Shown here: positions 32,599 through 43,466 of the stretch, in pieces
Layout of the letters: each line of letters opens with the position of its first letter
How positions within the stretch are numbered: position 1 is the stretch's first letter
Assembly: GCA_040752005.1 (NCBI GenBank)
Contig: JBFMFX010000015.1
Coordinates: forward strand, 504 to 64,503
DNA from: Pseudomonadota bacterium
GTDB taxonomy: Bacteria; Pseudomonadota; Gammaproteobacteria; Burkholderiales; SG8-39
Direction: 5' to 3'
Length of the DNA: 64,000 nt
Translations under genes and position numbers: made by a program
Notes under the pieces: generated by a model
Databases searched by the model: none
What the model saw: the letters and a program-made list of their open reading frames with translations, nothing else
Told to the model about the DNA's origin: nothing

Positions 32599-33996
32599 AT
32601 GGCCCAGACACAGGTCCGGCGAACCGAGCCGGTGGATCCGCAGCTCCTGGCGCTCAAGGTGCCGCCGCACTCGGTGGAAGCCGAGCAGTCGGTGCTCGGT
32701 GCGCTGCTCATCGACAACCAGGCGTTCGACCGCATCGCCGATATCGTCGGCGCCGACGACTTTTACCGCGACGATCACCGGCGCATCTGGCGCCATATCG
32801 TCAAGCTGATCGAGGCGGGCAAGCCGGCCGACGTGGTGACGGTGGGCGAGTCGATCGAGGCGAGCGAGGACAAGGACCGCGTCGGCGGCGTCGCCTATCT
32901 CGGTCTGCTGGCGCAGAACACGCCCTCGGCGCTCAACATCCGGCGCTACGCCGAGCTGGTGCGCGAGCGCGCGGTGCAGCGGCGCCTGGCGCAGGTGGCC
33001 ACCGAGATCGCGGAAAGCGCGCTCAACCCCGCCGGCAAGGACGTCGGCCAGATTCTGGACGAGGCCGAGTCGCGCATCATGGAGGTGGGCGAATCGGGCA
33101 GTCGCGGCCGCCAGGGGTTCGAGGAGGTGCAGACGGTGCTGGCGCGGGTTTTCGAGCGCATCGACCATCTGTACCACCGCGAGGACAAGAGCGAGGTCAC
33201 CGGCATCCCGACCGGGTTCCTCGACCTCGACGAGAAGACCGCGGGCTTGCAGCCGGGCGATCTGATCATCGTCGCCGGCCGGCCGAGCATGGGCAAGACG
33301 GCATTCGCGCTCAACATCGCCGAGCATGTGGCGGTGGACAACGGTCTGCCGGTGGCGATCTTCAGCATGGAGATGAGCGCGACGCAGCTCGCGATGCGCA
33401 TGCTCGGCTCGATCGCGGAGGTGGACCAGCACAAGATGCGGACCGGGCGGCTCGCTGACGAGGAGTGGGGCAAGCTCTCGGTGGCGATGGAGCGGTTGCA
33501 CGCCGCGCCGATCTTCATCGACGAGACGGCGGCGCTCAATGCGCTCGAGCTGCGCGCGCGCGCGCGGCGCATGCGTCGCAGCTGCGGCAAGCTCGGCCTG
33601 GTCGTCGTCGACTATCTGCAGCTCATGTCGGCCGCGCGCGAGGGCGAGAACCGCGCCACCGAGATCTCGGAGATCTCGCGCTCGCTCAAGGCGCTCGCCA
33701 AGGAGCTGGAAGTGCCGGTGGTGGCACTGTCGCAGCTCTCGCGTGCCGTCGAGCAGAGGAACGACCGCCGTCCGATGATGTCGGATCTGCGCGAGTCGGG
33801 CGCGATCGAGCAGGACGCCGACGTGATCCTGTTCATCTACCGCGACGAGGTCTATCACCCGGACAAGCCCGAGGCGAAGGGCCGCGCCGAGGTGATCATC
33901 GGCAAGCAGAGGAACGGACCGATCGGCAAGGTCGAGCTCGCCTTCCGCGGGCAGTACACGCGCTTCGAGAACCTCGCGCATGTGACCGGCTACTAG
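32599..33996 (+). CDS. dnaB: Replicative helicase DnaB
   Basis: PPHSVEAEQSVLG, GRPSMGKT, DYLQLM, SDLRESGAIEQDAD; no intein. Confidence 0.98.
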   Translation: MAQTQVRRTEPVDPQLLALKVPPHSVEAEQSVLGALLIDNQAFDRIADIVGADDFYRDDHRRIWRHIVKLIEAGKPADVVTVGESIEASEDKDRVGGVAYLGLLAQNTPSALNIRRYAELVRERAVQRRLAQVATEIAESALNPAGKDVGQILDEAESRIMEVGESGSRGRQGFEEVQTVLARVFERIDHLYHREDKSEVTGIPTGFLDLDEKTAGLQPGDLIIVAGRPSMGKTAFALNIAEHVAVDNGLPVAIFSMEMSATQLAMRMLGSIAEVDQHKMRTGRLADEEWGKLSVAMERLHAAPIFIDETAALNALELRARARRMRRSCGKLGLVVVDYLQLMSAAREGENRATEISEISRSLKALAKELEVPVVALSQLSRAVEQRNDRRPMMSDLRESGAIEQDADVILFIYRDEVYHPDKPEAKGRAEVIIGKQRNGPIGKVELAFRGQYTRFENLAHVTGY

Positions 33997-34016
33997 CCGG
34001 AGAAGAGGAGTCCCCG

Positions 34017-34256
34017 ATGTCCGAACCGAATATCGCGCAGAAGTCCCCGTACGCCGTGGAGCTGGCACCGGGCGACTACTGGTGGTGCGCCTGCGGGCGC
34101 TCCAAGCGCCAGCCTTTCTGCGACGGCTCGCACAAGGGAAGCGAGTTCTCCCCGGTCAAGTTCACGATCACCGAGCCGCAGAAAGTCTGGCTGTGCGGAT
34201 GCAAGCGCACCGCCAAGAAGCCCTTCTGCGACGGCACGCACAACACCCTCGCCTAG
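34017..34256 (+). CDS. Tandem CDGSH [2Fe-2S] protein
   Basis: WCACGRSKRQPFCDGSH and LCGCKRTAKKPFCDGTH. Confidence 0.92.
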   Translation: MSEPNIAQKSPYAVELAPGDYWWCACGRSKRQPFCDGSHKGSEFSPVKFTITEPQKVWLCGCKRTAKKPFCDGTHNTLA

Positions 34257-34328
34257 ACTTCGGCCCTCGACCCCGGATCGAGCGGGCCGCGGCGGCGCAC
34301 GGCCGGCGCGCGCGGCGCCCGGGCGACG

Positions 34329-35159
34329 CTATCGCTTGCTCGCGACCCAGCGCCCCTCGACGCCGGCCTCGGTGCGAAAGCTCCCTTCCATGCGGTTTCC
34401 GGTCACGCGCCCGGTGTAGTCGCGGCGCACGCCGTTGTTGTCCACGAAGGCGAAGCTGATGTGAAAACCGCGCAGGTGCGGCTCGCGCAGCCCCGCCTGC
34501 AGCGTCGGCCCGAGCGCGACCGTGCCCTCGATTTTCTGGAACTTCTGCTCGAGCGCGAGATCGAGGCGCTCGCTGCCCGCCTCGAGCGTCCAGCGGCCCT
34601 GGATGTTCGCCGGTACCACCCAGAAGTACGCCCGCCGGCCGTCCATGGAGGAGGCCTCGTCCGGCTCCCAGTCGTCCATCGTGAAGGAGTGCGACACGAT
34701 CCGGGTGCCCGGGCGCATGGCGAGGATTTGCGGCCGCAGCTTCAGGTTCAGCGCCGGCAGCAAGTACATCGTCACCACGGTGGCCTGGGAAAAATCGGTG
34801 GCGAAGATGTCGCCCTGGACGATTCTCGCCCGGCCGGCGACGCCCGCCTTTTCCACCTGTGCCTGCGCGTACTTCGCCATGTCGGGGTTGTACTCGATGC
34901 CGACGGCGCGCGCGCCGAACTTCTTCGCCGCCGCGATCACGATCTTGCCGTCGCCGGCGCCGAGGTCGTAGACGAGGTCGTTCGGGGTCACCTGCGCCAT
35001 GCGCAGCATCCGGTCCACGACGTCGTCCGGCGTCGGCACCCAGATCACATCCTTGCCGGGCTGGCCGACCTGCGGCTCAAAGCCCTTTTGCTGCGCCGGG
35101 GCGGCGCCCGCGAAGGCGAGCGCCACGGCGAGCGCGAGCAAGGTTCTCAGCATCGTCAT
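34329..35159 (-). CDS. Class I SAM-dependent methyltransferase with signal peptide and extra C-terminal domain
   Basis: WVPTP, YDLGAGDG, GIEYN, TMYLLPALN. Confidence 0.85.
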   Translation of the reverse strand: MTMLRTLLALAVALAFAGAAPAQQKGFEPQVGQPGKDVIWVPTPDDVVDRMLRMAQVTPNDLVYDLGAGDGKIVIAAAKKFGARAVGIEYNPDMAKYAQAQVEKAGVAGRARIVQGDIFATDFSQATVVTMYLLPALNLKLRPQILAMRPGTRIVSHSFTMDDWEPDEASSMDGRRAYFWVVPANIQGRWTLEAGSERLDLALEQKFQKIEGTVALGPTLQAGLREPHLRGFHISFAFVDNNGVRRDYTGRVTGNRMEGSFRTEAGVEGRWVASKR

Positions 35160-35255
35160 GGGCAGAGTCCTCGTCCTGTGGAGCGTGCGAAAGGCTGCGA
35201 AGGTTAGCAGAAAAAGCCGCCGCCCTCCGGGCGCGCCGGCGGCGGTTTCGCCGCG

Positions 35256-36677
35256 CTACAGGGCCGTGGCGGCGTGGTCGGCGAGGCGCGAGCGCTCGCC
35301 GCGGGCGAGCGTGACGTGTCCGGCGTGCGCCCAGCCCTTCATGCGGTCCACGACAAAGGTGAGGCCGGAGGAGCCCTCGGTGAGGTAGGGCGTGTCAATT
35401 TGCGCGATGTTGCCCAGGCACACCACCTTGGTGCCGGGGCCGGCGCGCGTCACCAGCGTCTTCATCTGCTTGGGCGTGAGGTTCTGCGCCTCGTCAATGA
35501 TCAGCCACTTGTTGACGAAGGTGCGCCCGCGCATGAAATTGAGCGACTTGATGCGGATACGCGAGCGCACCAGGTCGCGCGCCGCCGCGCGCCCCCATTC
35601 GCCGCCTGCCTCGTCCGAGGCGTTGAGGACATCCAGATTGTCCTCCAGCGCCCCCATCCAGGGCTGCATCTTCTCCTCCTCGGTGCCGGGCAGAAAGCCG
35701 ATGTCCTCGCCGATCGGCACCGTCACGCGCGTCATGATGATCTCGCTGTAGCGCTTCTCGTCGAGCACCTGCGTCAGCCCGGCGGCGAGCGCGAGCAGCG
35801 TCTTGCCGGTGCCCGCCTGCCCGAGCAGGGTGACGAAATCGATCGCCGGATTCATCAGCAGGTTGAGCGCGAAGTTCTGCTCGCGGTTGCGCGCGGTGAT
35901 GCCCCAGACCGCGTGGCGCGCGTGGCTGTAGTCGCGCAGCGTCTCCAGCACCGCGCTGCGCCCGGATTTTTCCTTCACCATCGCATACAGCGGCCGCTCG
36001 CCCGACTCGTCCCAGACGAACTGGTTGAGCAGCAGCTCCGGCACCAGCGGGCCGTGGATGCGGTAGTAGGTGTGGCCCTCCTTCTTCCACGACTCCATGT
36101 CGCGGGCGTGGCTTTCCCAGAACCCGGGCGGCAGCTCGCGCATGCCGGTGTAGAGCAGATCGGTGTCCTCCAGCACCTTGTCGCTGGTGTAGTCCTCGGC
36201 GGCGAGCCCGAGCGCGCGCGCCTTGATGCGCATGTTGATGTCCTTGGACACCAGGATCACCTCGCGCTGCGGCTCCTTCTTCTGCAGGTGGCGCACCACC
36301 GCGAGAATCTGGTTGTCGGTCTTGCCGGCGGCGAGCGTCGCCGGGAGTTCGCCGTTGATCGCCTCGGTCTGCAGGAACAGGCGCCCGCGCGCCGAGGGGC
36401 CGCCTGCGCGCGTGCGGATCGGCAGCCCGGCGGCGATGTCCTTCACCCGCGCCGGAATGATCTCGTCCAGGAACCGGCTCGCCTGGCGCGCGTTACGCGC
36501 CACGTCCGACATGCCTTTCTTGTGGTTGTCCAGCTCCTCCAGCGTCCCCATCGGCAGGTACACGTCGTGCTCCTCGAACCGGAACAGGCTCGTCGGGTCG
36601 TGGATCAGCACGTTGGTGTCGAGCACGAAGAGCTTGCGGGTCCTGCTGCGGGCGGCGGGGCGGGGACGTTTCGCCAT
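35256..36677 (-). CDS. PIN-PhoH (PhoH2/YlaK-like) protein
   Basis: FVLDTNVLIHDP PIN motif; GQAGTGKT, DEAQN. Confidence 0.92.
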   Translation of the reverse strand: MAKRPRPAARSRTRKLFVLDTNVLIHDPTSLFRFEEHDVYLPMGTLEELDNHKKGMSDVARNARQASRFLDEIIPARVKDIAAGLPIRTRAGGPSARGRLFLQTEAINGELPATLAAGKTDNQILAVVRHLQKKEPQREVILVSKDINMRIKARALGLAAEDYTSDKVLEDTDLLYTGMRELPPGFWESHARDMESWKKEGHTYYRIHGPLVPELLLNQFVWDESGERPLYAMVKEKSGRSAVLETLRDYSHARHAVWGITARNREQNFALNLLMNPAIDFVTLLGQAGTGKTLLALAAGLTQVLDEKRYSEIIMTRVTVPIGEDIGFLPGTEEEKMQPWMGALEDNLDVLNASDEAGGEWGRAAARDLVRSRIRIKSLNFMRGRTFVNKWLIIDEAQNLTPKQMKTLVTRAGPGTKVVCLGNIAQIDTPYLTEGSSGLTFVVDRMKGWAHAGHVTLARGERSRLADHAATAL

Positions 36678-36747
36678 CGGGGGGGAGAGGGGAGAGGGGC
36701 CTGCTGCTTCGATCCTGCCGGTTTCGAATTGTTCTGCGAGCGTCGAA

Positions 36748-37203
36748 TCAGAGGGTCTTAACAAAGTCGAGTACCTCCCTTGCGTGGCCGGGCACCTTGA
36801 CGCCGCGCCACTCGCGCGCAAGCCGCCCCTTCGCGTCAATCACGAAGGTGCTGCGCTCGATGCCGCGGACCTTCCTGCCGTACAGGTTCTTCGTCTTCAG
36901 GACGCCGAACTGTTGCGCCACCTTTTCGTCGGCGTCCGAGAGCAGATCGAAGGGCAGCCCCAGCTTCGCCTTGAAGCGCTCGTGCGAGGCGAGCGAGTCG
37001 CGCGAGATGCCGTACACCGCCGCGCCGGCGCGCGCAAACTCGCGGTGAAGATCGCGAAAAGCCGCGCCCTCGGCGGTGCAGCCGGGCGTGTTGTCCTTCG
37101 GGTAGAAGTAAAGGACCAGCGTCTTGCCGCGGTGCTCCGAGAGCCGGAACACGCCGCCGCCGGTCGAAGGAAGGCTGAAGTCCTTGACCGTGTTATCCGG
37201 CAT
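36748..37203 (-). CDS. bcp: Peroxiredoxin BCP/PrxQ (1-Cys)
   Basis: YFYPKDNTPGCTAE, GIERSTFVID. Confidence 0.92.
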   Translation of the reverse strand: MPDNTVKDFSLPSTGGGVFRLSEHRGKTLVLYFYPKDNTPGCTAEGAAFRDLHREFARAGAAVYGISRDSLASHERFKAKLGLPFDLLSDADEKVAQQFGVLKTKNLYGRKVRGIERSTFVIDAKGRLAREWRGVKVPGHAREVLDFVKTL

Positions 37204-37325
37204 GCCAGGGGTTTGTTAGCAAACCGTCTCAGCTATGCGCCGCAACGCTTTCATTGAACACGTTTTTTGCGCCGGGTGCAAGCCGGGTGCAGAGGACTGA
37301 AATCAAAGCGCTTTTCCGTCCGGCG

Positions 37326-38219
37326 TCAGAGCGGGACGCGGGCGAGGAAGCGCCGCAGCTCGGCGACCACCTCGCGCGGCTTCTCCTCGGGCAGGAAGTG
37401 CCCGCAGTCGAGCGCGCGCCCGCGCACGTCGGTCGCCACCTCGCGCCAGTCGCGCAAGGGATCGAACATCTTTTCGATCACGCCCTGCTTTGCCCACAGC
37501 ACGAGCACCGGCATGCGGATTTTCTTGCGCAAATCCCTGCGGTCGTGCTCGAGGTCTATGGTGGCCGCCGCGCGGTAGTCCTCGCAGGTGGCGTGGATCG
37601 TGCGCGGGTCGCGGAAGCAGCGCACGTACTCGCGCCGCGCCGCGGGCGAGAAGGGCGCCAGGCCCGCCTTTCCGCGTCCGATGCGCCCGAGGATGTAGTA
37701 GGGCACGTGCCCGGCGAGCAGCTTCTCCGGCCACGGCGCCGGCTGGATGAGGAAGAACCAGTGCCAGTAGGCGGTGGCGAAGGCCATGTTCGTGCTCTCG
37801 TACATCTTGAGCGTCGGCGAGATGTCCATGACCGTCAGCGAGGCGACGCGCGCGCCGTGGTCGCGCGCCATGCGGTGGCCGACGCGCGCGCCCCGGTCGT
37901 GCCCGGCGACGTGGAAGCGCTCGAATCCGAGCGCGCGCATGACCTCGACCATGTCCTCGCCCATCGCGCGCTTGGAGTAGTTGGAGTGGTCCGGCAGTCC
38001 GCGCGGCTTGGAGGAGTCTCCGTAGCCGCGCAGATCGGCGCACACCACCGTGTACTCGCGCGCGAGCACCGGCGCCACCTTGTGCCACATGGCGTGCGTT
38101 TCCGGGTAGCCGTGCAAGAGCAGCAGCGGCGGCCCGTCGCCGCCGCGCACCAGGTGGATCGTCGCGCCGCGCGTGCGCACGCGCCGCGTCTCGAAGCCGG
38201 AAAAGAGCCGTGTCGCCAT
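37326..38219 (-). CDS. Alpha/beta hydrolase, fluoroacetate/haloacetate dehalogenase-like
   Basis: HGYPE, DLRGYG, YSKRAM, GHDRGARV, YWHWFF, CEDYRA, CGHF. Confidence 0.85.
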   Translation of the reverse strand: MATRLFSGFETRRVRTRGATIHLVRGGDGPPLLLLHGYPETHAMWHKVAPVLAREYTVVCADLRGYGDSSKPRGLPDHSNYSKRAMGEDMVEVMRALGFERFHVAGHDRGARVGHRMARDHGARVASLTVMDISPTLKMYESTNMAFATAYWHWFFLIQPAPWPEKLLAGHVPYYILGRIGRGKAGLAPFSPAARREYVRCFRDPRTIHATCEDYRAAATIDLEHDRRDLRKKIRMPVLVLWAKQGVIEKMFDPLRDWREVATDVRGRALDCGHFLPEEKPREVVAELRRFLARVPL

Positions 38220-38220
38220 C

Positions 38221-38559
38221 TCAGGATCTCGCCACCAGGGTCACACCGAGGATGATCACCGCGATGCCCGCCCAGCGCATCGGCGTCACCGCTTCGCCGA
38301 GCAGCCACCCCGCGAGCGCCGCGTTCAGCGCGAAGCCGAGCGACACCATCGGGTAGGCGACGCTCACCGGCGTACTGGCGAGCGCGGCCAGCCACACGAC
38401 CAGGCTCAGCCCGTAGCAGGCGACGCCGGCGAGCACGCGCGGATCGAGCGCGAGCGCCCAGCCGAAGGGCACGGCGCTGGCGCCCGCCTTGAGCAGGAGC
38501 TGCGCCGCGGTGCCGAGCACGACCGCGCCGAGAACGAAGCCGAAGCTCGCCGCGCTCAC
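38221..38559 (-). CDS. Small DMT/SMR (ArnE-like) membrane protein
   Basis: AQLLLKAG, VSVAYP, LLGE; four transmembrane segments. Confidence 0.78.
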   Translation of the reverse strand: MSAASFGFVLGAVVLGTAAQLLLKAGASAVPFGWALALDPRVLAGVACYGLSLVVWLAALASTPVSVAYPMVSLGFALNAALAGWLLGEAVTPMRWAGIAVIILGVTLVARS

Positions 38560-38927
38560 GCGATGAGCAGCGCGGCGGCGACGCGCCGGTCCTCGGCGAC
38601 CAGGATGTTGAACGTGCGGCAGGCGGCGCGCAGGTCCATGACTTCGAGGCCGATGCGCGCGGCGGCGAGCGCGCGCGTCAGCCGCGGGTCCGGAAAGCGC
38701 TGGCGCGCGCCGGTGCCGAGCAGCACGATCTCCGGCGCCTGCGCGACGAGCACGTCGAAATCGCTCGCCTGGAGCGCGGCGAAGCTCGCCGCGCTCCAGG
38801 CGAGCACGCGCTCGGGCAGCACGATGAGACTGGTGCTGTAGCGCTCGCCGTTCACCGCGAACCAGCCCTCGCCGTAGCCGGTGAAAGCGTTGCGTCCCGC
38901 GCCCGCGGCGGTCAGATGCAGTTTCAC
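38556..38927 (-). CDS. Mth938-like (DUF498) protein
   Basis: [23 protein letters not shown]. Confidence 0.88.
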   Translation of the reverse strand: MKLHLTAAGAGRNAFTGYGEGWFAVNGERYSTSLIVLPERVLAWSAASFAALQASDFDVLVAQAPEIVLLGTGARQRFPDPRLTRALAAARIGLEVMDLRAACRTFNILVAEDRRVAAALLIA

Positions 38928-38946
38928 TGATAAAATTGTAGCGATT

Positions 38947-40143
38947 ATGCGGGAATTTGCGCGCATCCAGCGGCTGCCGCCGTACGTCTTCAACATCACC
39001 AACGAGCTGAAGATGGCGGCGCGGCGGCGCGGCGAGGACATCATAGACCTCTCGATGGGCAACCCCGACGGGCCGACGCCGCCGCACATCGTCGCCAAGC
39101 TCGTCGAGGCGGCGCAGCGCCAGGACACGCACGGCTACTCGGTTTCGAAGGGCATCCCGCGGCTGCGGCGCGCGATCTGCGACTGGTACCGGCGCCGCTA
39201 CGGGGTCGAGTTCGATCCGGAAACGGAGGCGATCGTCACCATCGGCTCGAAGGAGGGGCTTGCGCACCTGATGCTCGCGACGCTGGATCGCGGCGATACG
39301 GTGCTGGTGCCCAATCCGTCGTACCCGATCCACATCTACGGCGCGATCATCGCCGGGGCCGACATCCGCTCGGTGCGCATGACCCCGGGCACCGACTTTT
39401 TCGCCGAGCTCGAGCGCGCGATCGCCGAGCTGATCCCGAAGCCGAAGATGCTGATCCTCGGCTTTCCGGCGAATCCCACGGCGATGTGCGTCGAGCTGGA
39501 CTTCTTCGAGCGCGTGGTCGCGACCGCGCGCCGCCACGACATGCTGGTGGTGCACGATTTCGCGTACGCCGACATCGTGTTCGACGGCTGGCAGGCGCCC
39601 TCGATCATGCAGGTGCCGGGCGCGCGCGACGTGGCGGTCGAGTTCTTCACGCTGTCGAAGAGCTACAACATGGCCGGCTGGCGAATCGGCTTCATGGTCG
39701 GCAACCGGGACCTGGTGCACGCGCTCGCGCGCATCAAGAGCTACCACGACTACGGCACGTTCACCCCGATCCAGGTGGCCTCGATCATCGCGCTCGAAGG
39801 CCCGCAGGACTGCGTCGAGCAGATCCGCCAGACCTACCAGCGCCGGCGCGACGTGATGGTGAAGGGTCTGCACGACGCCGGCTGGATGGTGGAAAGGCCG
39901 AAGGCGACGATGTACCTGTGGGCGAAGATCCCGCCCGCCTACGCCGGCCTCGGTTCGATCGAGTTCACCAAGCGGCTGCTTGCGCAGGCGAAAATCGCCG
40001 TCGCCCCCGGCATCGGCTTCGGCGAGCACGGCGACGACCACGTGCGCATCGCGCTGATCGAGAACGAACAGCGTCTGCGCCAGGCGGTGCGCGGCGTGCG
40101 CGACATGTTCAGAAAGGACGGACTGCTCCGGGGCGTGGCGTGA
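38947..40143 (+). CDS. alaC: PLP-dependent alanine aminotransferase AlaC
   Basis: [30 protein letters not shown]; upstream of hom. Confidence 0.9.
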   Translation: MREFARIQRLPPYVFNITNELKMAARRRGEDIIDLSMGNPDGPTPPHIVAKLVEAAQRQDTHGYSVSKGIPRLRRAICDWYRRRYGVEFDPETEAIVTIGSKEGLAHLMLATLDRGDTVLVPNPSYPIHIYGAIIAGADIRSVRMTPGTDFFAELERAIAELIPKPKMLILGFPANPTAMCVELDFFERVVATARRHDMLVVHDFAYADIVFDGWQAPSIMQVPGARDVAVEFFTLSKSYNMAGWRIGFMVGNRDLVHALARIKSYHDYGTFTPIQVASIIALEGPQDCVEQIRQTYQRRRDVMVKGLHDAGWMVERPKATMYLWAKIPPAYAGLGSIEFTKRLLAQAKIAVAPGIGFGEHGDDHVRIALIENEQRLRQAVRGVRDMFRKDGLLRGVA

Positions 40144-40739
40144 TCGCGCCGCGGCCGACGACGCTCGAGGGCCATGGCGTGCGCCTTGAGCCGCTCGCGC
40201 GCGAGCACGAGCCGGCGCTCGCCGCCGCCGCCGCCGACGGCAGGCTGTGGGAGCTGTGGTTCACCTCGGTGCCCGCGCCCGGCGAGACGCTCGCCTACAT
40301 CGAGCAGGCGCTCGCCGGCCAGGACGCGGGGCACATGCTGCCCTTCGTGGTGCGCGAACTCGCAGGCGGTCGCATCGTCGGCTCGACGCGCTATCACGAC
40401 ATCGTCCCGGCGGCCGACCGCGTCGAGATCGGCTGGACGTGGTACGCGGCGAGCTGGCAGCGCACCCACGTCAACACCGCCTGCAAGCTGCTCCTGTTCG
40501 CGCACGCGTTCGAGGCCCTCGGCTGCAGGGTGGTCGGCCTGCGCACCGACAACTTCAATTTCCGCTCGCAGCGCGCGATCGAGGCGCTCGGCGCAAGAAA
40601 AGACGGCGTCATCCGCCACCACTGGCCGCGCCGCGACGGCAGCGTGCGCGACACCGTCATGTACAGCGTTCTCGCCGGCGAATGGCCGGACGTGAAGCGT
40701 CATCTCGAGCTGAGGTTGCGGCGCCATGAAACCGATTAA
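40140..40739 (+). CDS. RimJ/RimL-type GNAT N-acetyltransferase
   Basis: [31 protein letters not shown]. Confidence 0.87.
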   Translation: MIAPRPTTLEGHGVRLEPLAREHEPALAAAAADGRLWELWFTSVPAPGETLAYIEQALAGQDAGHMLPFVVRELAGGRIVGSTRYHDIVPAADRVEIGWTWYAASWQRTHVNTACKLLLFAHAFEALGCRVVGLRTDNFNFRSQRAIEALGARKDGVIRHHWPRRDGSVRDTVMYSVLAGEWPDVKRHLELRLRRHETD

Positions 40740-42036
40740 CGTCGGCTTGCTCGGCATCGGCACGGTCGGCGGCGGCACCTGGGAGCTGCTGGCGCGCAAT
40801 GCCGGCGAAATCCGCCGCCGCGCCGGGCGCGCGATCCGCATCACCCGTGTCGCGGCCAGGTCGGCCGAGCGCGCGCGCCGGGTGGTCGGCGCGCGCGCGC
40901 GGGTGTGCGCAAGTCCGCGCGAGGTGACCCGCGCGCCGGACGTGGACATCGTGGTCGAGCTGATCGGCGGCACCGGCGCCGCGCGCGAGCTGGTGCTGGA
41001 TGCGATCGCGCACGGCAAGCATGTGGTGACCGCCAACAAGGCGCTGCTGGCGCTGCACGGCAACGAGATCTTCGCCGCCGCCCAGAAGCGGGGCGTGATG
41101 GTCGCGTTCGAGGCCTCGGTCGGCGGCGGCATCCCGATCGTCAAGGCGCTGCGCGAGGGGCTGGCGGCGAACCGCATCGAATGGATCGCGGGCATCATCA
41201 ACGGCACCTCCAACTACATCCTCAGCGAGATGCGGCAAAAGGGCGTCTCGTTCGAGCAGGCGCTCGCCGAAGCGCAGCGGCGCGGCTACGCCGAGGCCGA
41301 TCCGCGCTTCGACATCGAAGGGGTGGACGCGGCACACAAGCTCACCATTCTTTCGGCGCTCGCCTTCGGCATCCCGATGCAGTTCGGCCGCGCCTATACC
41401 GAGGGCATCGCCAAGCTCACCCGCGAGGACATCGGCTACGCCGAGCAGCTCGGCTACCGCATCAAGCTGCTCGGCATCACGCGCCGGGCGAGCAAGGGCA
41501 TCGAGCTGCGCGTGCACCCGACGCTGGTGCCGGCGCGGCGCCTGATCGCCAACGTCGAGGGGGTGATGAACGCGATTCTGGTCAAGGGCGACGCGGTGGG
41601 GCCGACGCTCTTTTACGGCGCCGGCGCCGGCAGCCAGCCCACCGCAAGCGCCGTGGTGGCCGACCTGCTGGATGTCACGCGCCTCATTACCGCCGACCCG
41701 GAGAACCGCGTGCCGCACCTCGCGTTCCAGCCCGACCGCCTGGCGCGCACCCCGATCCTGCCGATCGGCGAAGTGCAGACCTCGTACTACCTGAGGATGC
41801 GCGTGCTCGACCGCCCCGGCGTGCTCGCCGACATCACGCGCATCCTCGCCGACCGCCGGATCTCGATAGACGCCATGGTGCAGAAGGAGCCGGGCGAGGG
41901 CGAAAAGCAGGTGGACATCGTCATGCTCACGCACCGGGCGCTGGAGAAGAACGTGAGCGCCGCGATCGGCAGGATCGAGCGCCTCGCGACCGTGGTCGGC
42001 CGTGTGCGCCGCATCCGCGTCGAAGAGCTGCTGTAG
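40726..42036 (+). CDS. hom: Homoserine dehydrogenase
   Basis: GIGTVGGG, TANKA, FEASVGGGIP, C-terminal ACT domain. Confidence 0.96.
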   Translation: MKPINVGLLGIGTVGGGTWELLARNAGEIRRRAGRAIRITRVAARSAERARRVVGARARVCASPREVTRAPDVDIVVELIGGTGAARELVLDAIAHGKHVVTANKALLALHGNEIFAAAQKRGVMVAFEASVGGGIPIVKALREGLAANRIEWIAGIINGTSNYILSEMRQKGVSFEQALAEAQRRGYAEADPRFDIEGVDAAHKLTILSALAFGIPMQFGRAYTEGIAKLTREDIGYAEQLGYRIKLLGITRRASKGIELRVHPTLVPARRLIANVEGVMNAILVKGDAVGPTLFYGAGAGSQPTASAVVADLLDVTRLITADPENRVPHLAFQPDRLARTPILPIGEVQTSYYLRMRVLDRPGVLADITRILADRRISIDAMVQKEPGEGEKQVDIVMLTHRALEKNVSAAIGRIERLATVVGRVRRIRVEELL

Positions 42037-42044
42037 GGGGCGGC

Positions 42045-43430
42045 GTGCGCTACGTGTCCACGCGCGGCTCGGCGCCGCCGGCGCGCTTCAGCGACATCCT
42101 GCTCGAGGGCCTCGCTCCCGATGGCGGGCTGTACGTACCGGAGCGCTGGCCGCGCGCCGATCTCGCCGCCTGGCGCGGGCTTTCGTACCCGGAGCTCGCC
42201 TGCGAGGTGCTCGCGCCTTTCATGGACGACGTGCCCGGCCTGCGCGCGATCGTCGCGCGCACGTACACGAAGGAAGTGTTCGGCAGCGACGAAATCACGC
42301 CGCTCAGGGTGCTCGCGCCGGGGCTGCACCTGCTCGCGCTCTCGGGCGGGCCGACGCTCGCGTTCAAGGACCTCGCGCTGCAGCTGCTGGGCAACCTCTT
42401 CGAGGAGGCGCTCGCCACGCGCGGCGAAACGCTCACCATCCTTGGCGCCACCTCGGGCGACACCGGCTCGGCGGCCGAGCACGCGCTGCGCGGCAAGCGC
42501 GGCATCCGGGTCTTCATGCTCTCGCCGCACGGCCGCATGAGCGAGTTCCAGCGCGCGCAGATGTATTCGCTCACCGACCCGAACATCCACAACGTCGCGG
42601 TGCGCGGCACCTTCGACGACTGCCAGGACCTCGTCAAGGCGGTCAACGCGGACGCCGCGTTCAAGACGCGCCACCGCATCGGCGCGGTGAATTCGATCAA
42701 CTGGGCGCGCATCGCCGCGCAGGCGGTGTACTACTTTGCAGGCTGGTTCGCGGCGACGCGCGCCGGCGCCGAACGGGTGTCGTTCGCGGTGCCGACCGGA
42801 AACTTCGGCAACCTCTACGCCGGCTACGTGGCGCGCGCGATGGGCCTGCCGGTGCACCGGCTGATTCTCGCCACCAACGAGAACGACGTGCTCGACGAGT
42901 TTTTCCGCACCGGCCGCTATCGCCCGCGCAGGCAGGCGCAGGCCACCTCCAGCCCCTCGATGGACATCACCCGCGCGTCCAACTTCGAGCGCTATGTGTA
43001 TGACCTCGTCGGACGCGACGGCGCGCGCGTGGCGGGGCTCTGGCGCGCGCTGGAGGCGAGCGGAGAACTCGACCTCGCGGGCATGCGCGAGCGGATCGCG
43101 GCAAGCGGGATCGCGAGCGGCCGCTCGACCCACGCCGATCGCATCGCCACGATCCGGGCGGTGCACGCGGACTACGGCGTGGTGATTGACCCGCACACCG
43201 CCGACGGGGTGGGGGTCGCGCTCAGGCTGCGGGAGCCGGGCGAAACGGTGGTGTGCCTGGAGACGGCGCACCCCGCGAAGTTCGCGCCGACCATCCGCGA
43301 GGCGCTCGGACGCGAGCCGGAGCGGCCGCGGGGCTTCGAGGCGCTGGAGAGCCTGCCGCAGCATTTCCGCGTGATTGATCCCGACCCCGAGGCTCTCAAG
43401 CGCCTGATCGCAGCGGCGGGACAGGACTAG
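42045..43430 (+). CDS. thrC: Threonine synthase
   Basis: YVSTRG, GLAPDGGL, GPTLAFKD, ATSGDTG, NSINWARI. Confidence 0.96.
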   Translation: MRYVSTRGSAPPARFSDILLEGLAPDGGLYVPERWPRADLAAWRGLSYPELACEVLAPFMDDVPGLRAIVARTYTKEVFGSDEITPLRVLAPGLHLLALSGGPTLAFKDLALQLLGNLFEEALATRGETLTILGATSGDTGSAAEHALRGKRGIRVFMLSPHGRMSEFQRAQMYSLTDPNIHNVAVRGTFDDCQDLVKAVNADAAFKTRHRIGAVNSINWARIAAQAVYYFAGWFAATRAGAERVSFAVPTGNFGNLYAGYVARAMGLPVHRLILATNENDVLDEFFRTGRYRPRRQAQATSSPSMDITRASNFERYVYDLVGRDGARVAGLWRALEASGELDLAGMRERIAASGIASGRSTHADRIATIRAVHADYGVVIDPHTADGVGVALRLREPGETVVCLETAHPAKFAPTIREALGREPERPRGFEALESLPQHFRVIDPDPEALKRLIAAAGQD

Positions 43431-43466
43431 GGGCGCGCGGCGACGTCGGCCACCCGAGGGGGCGCG

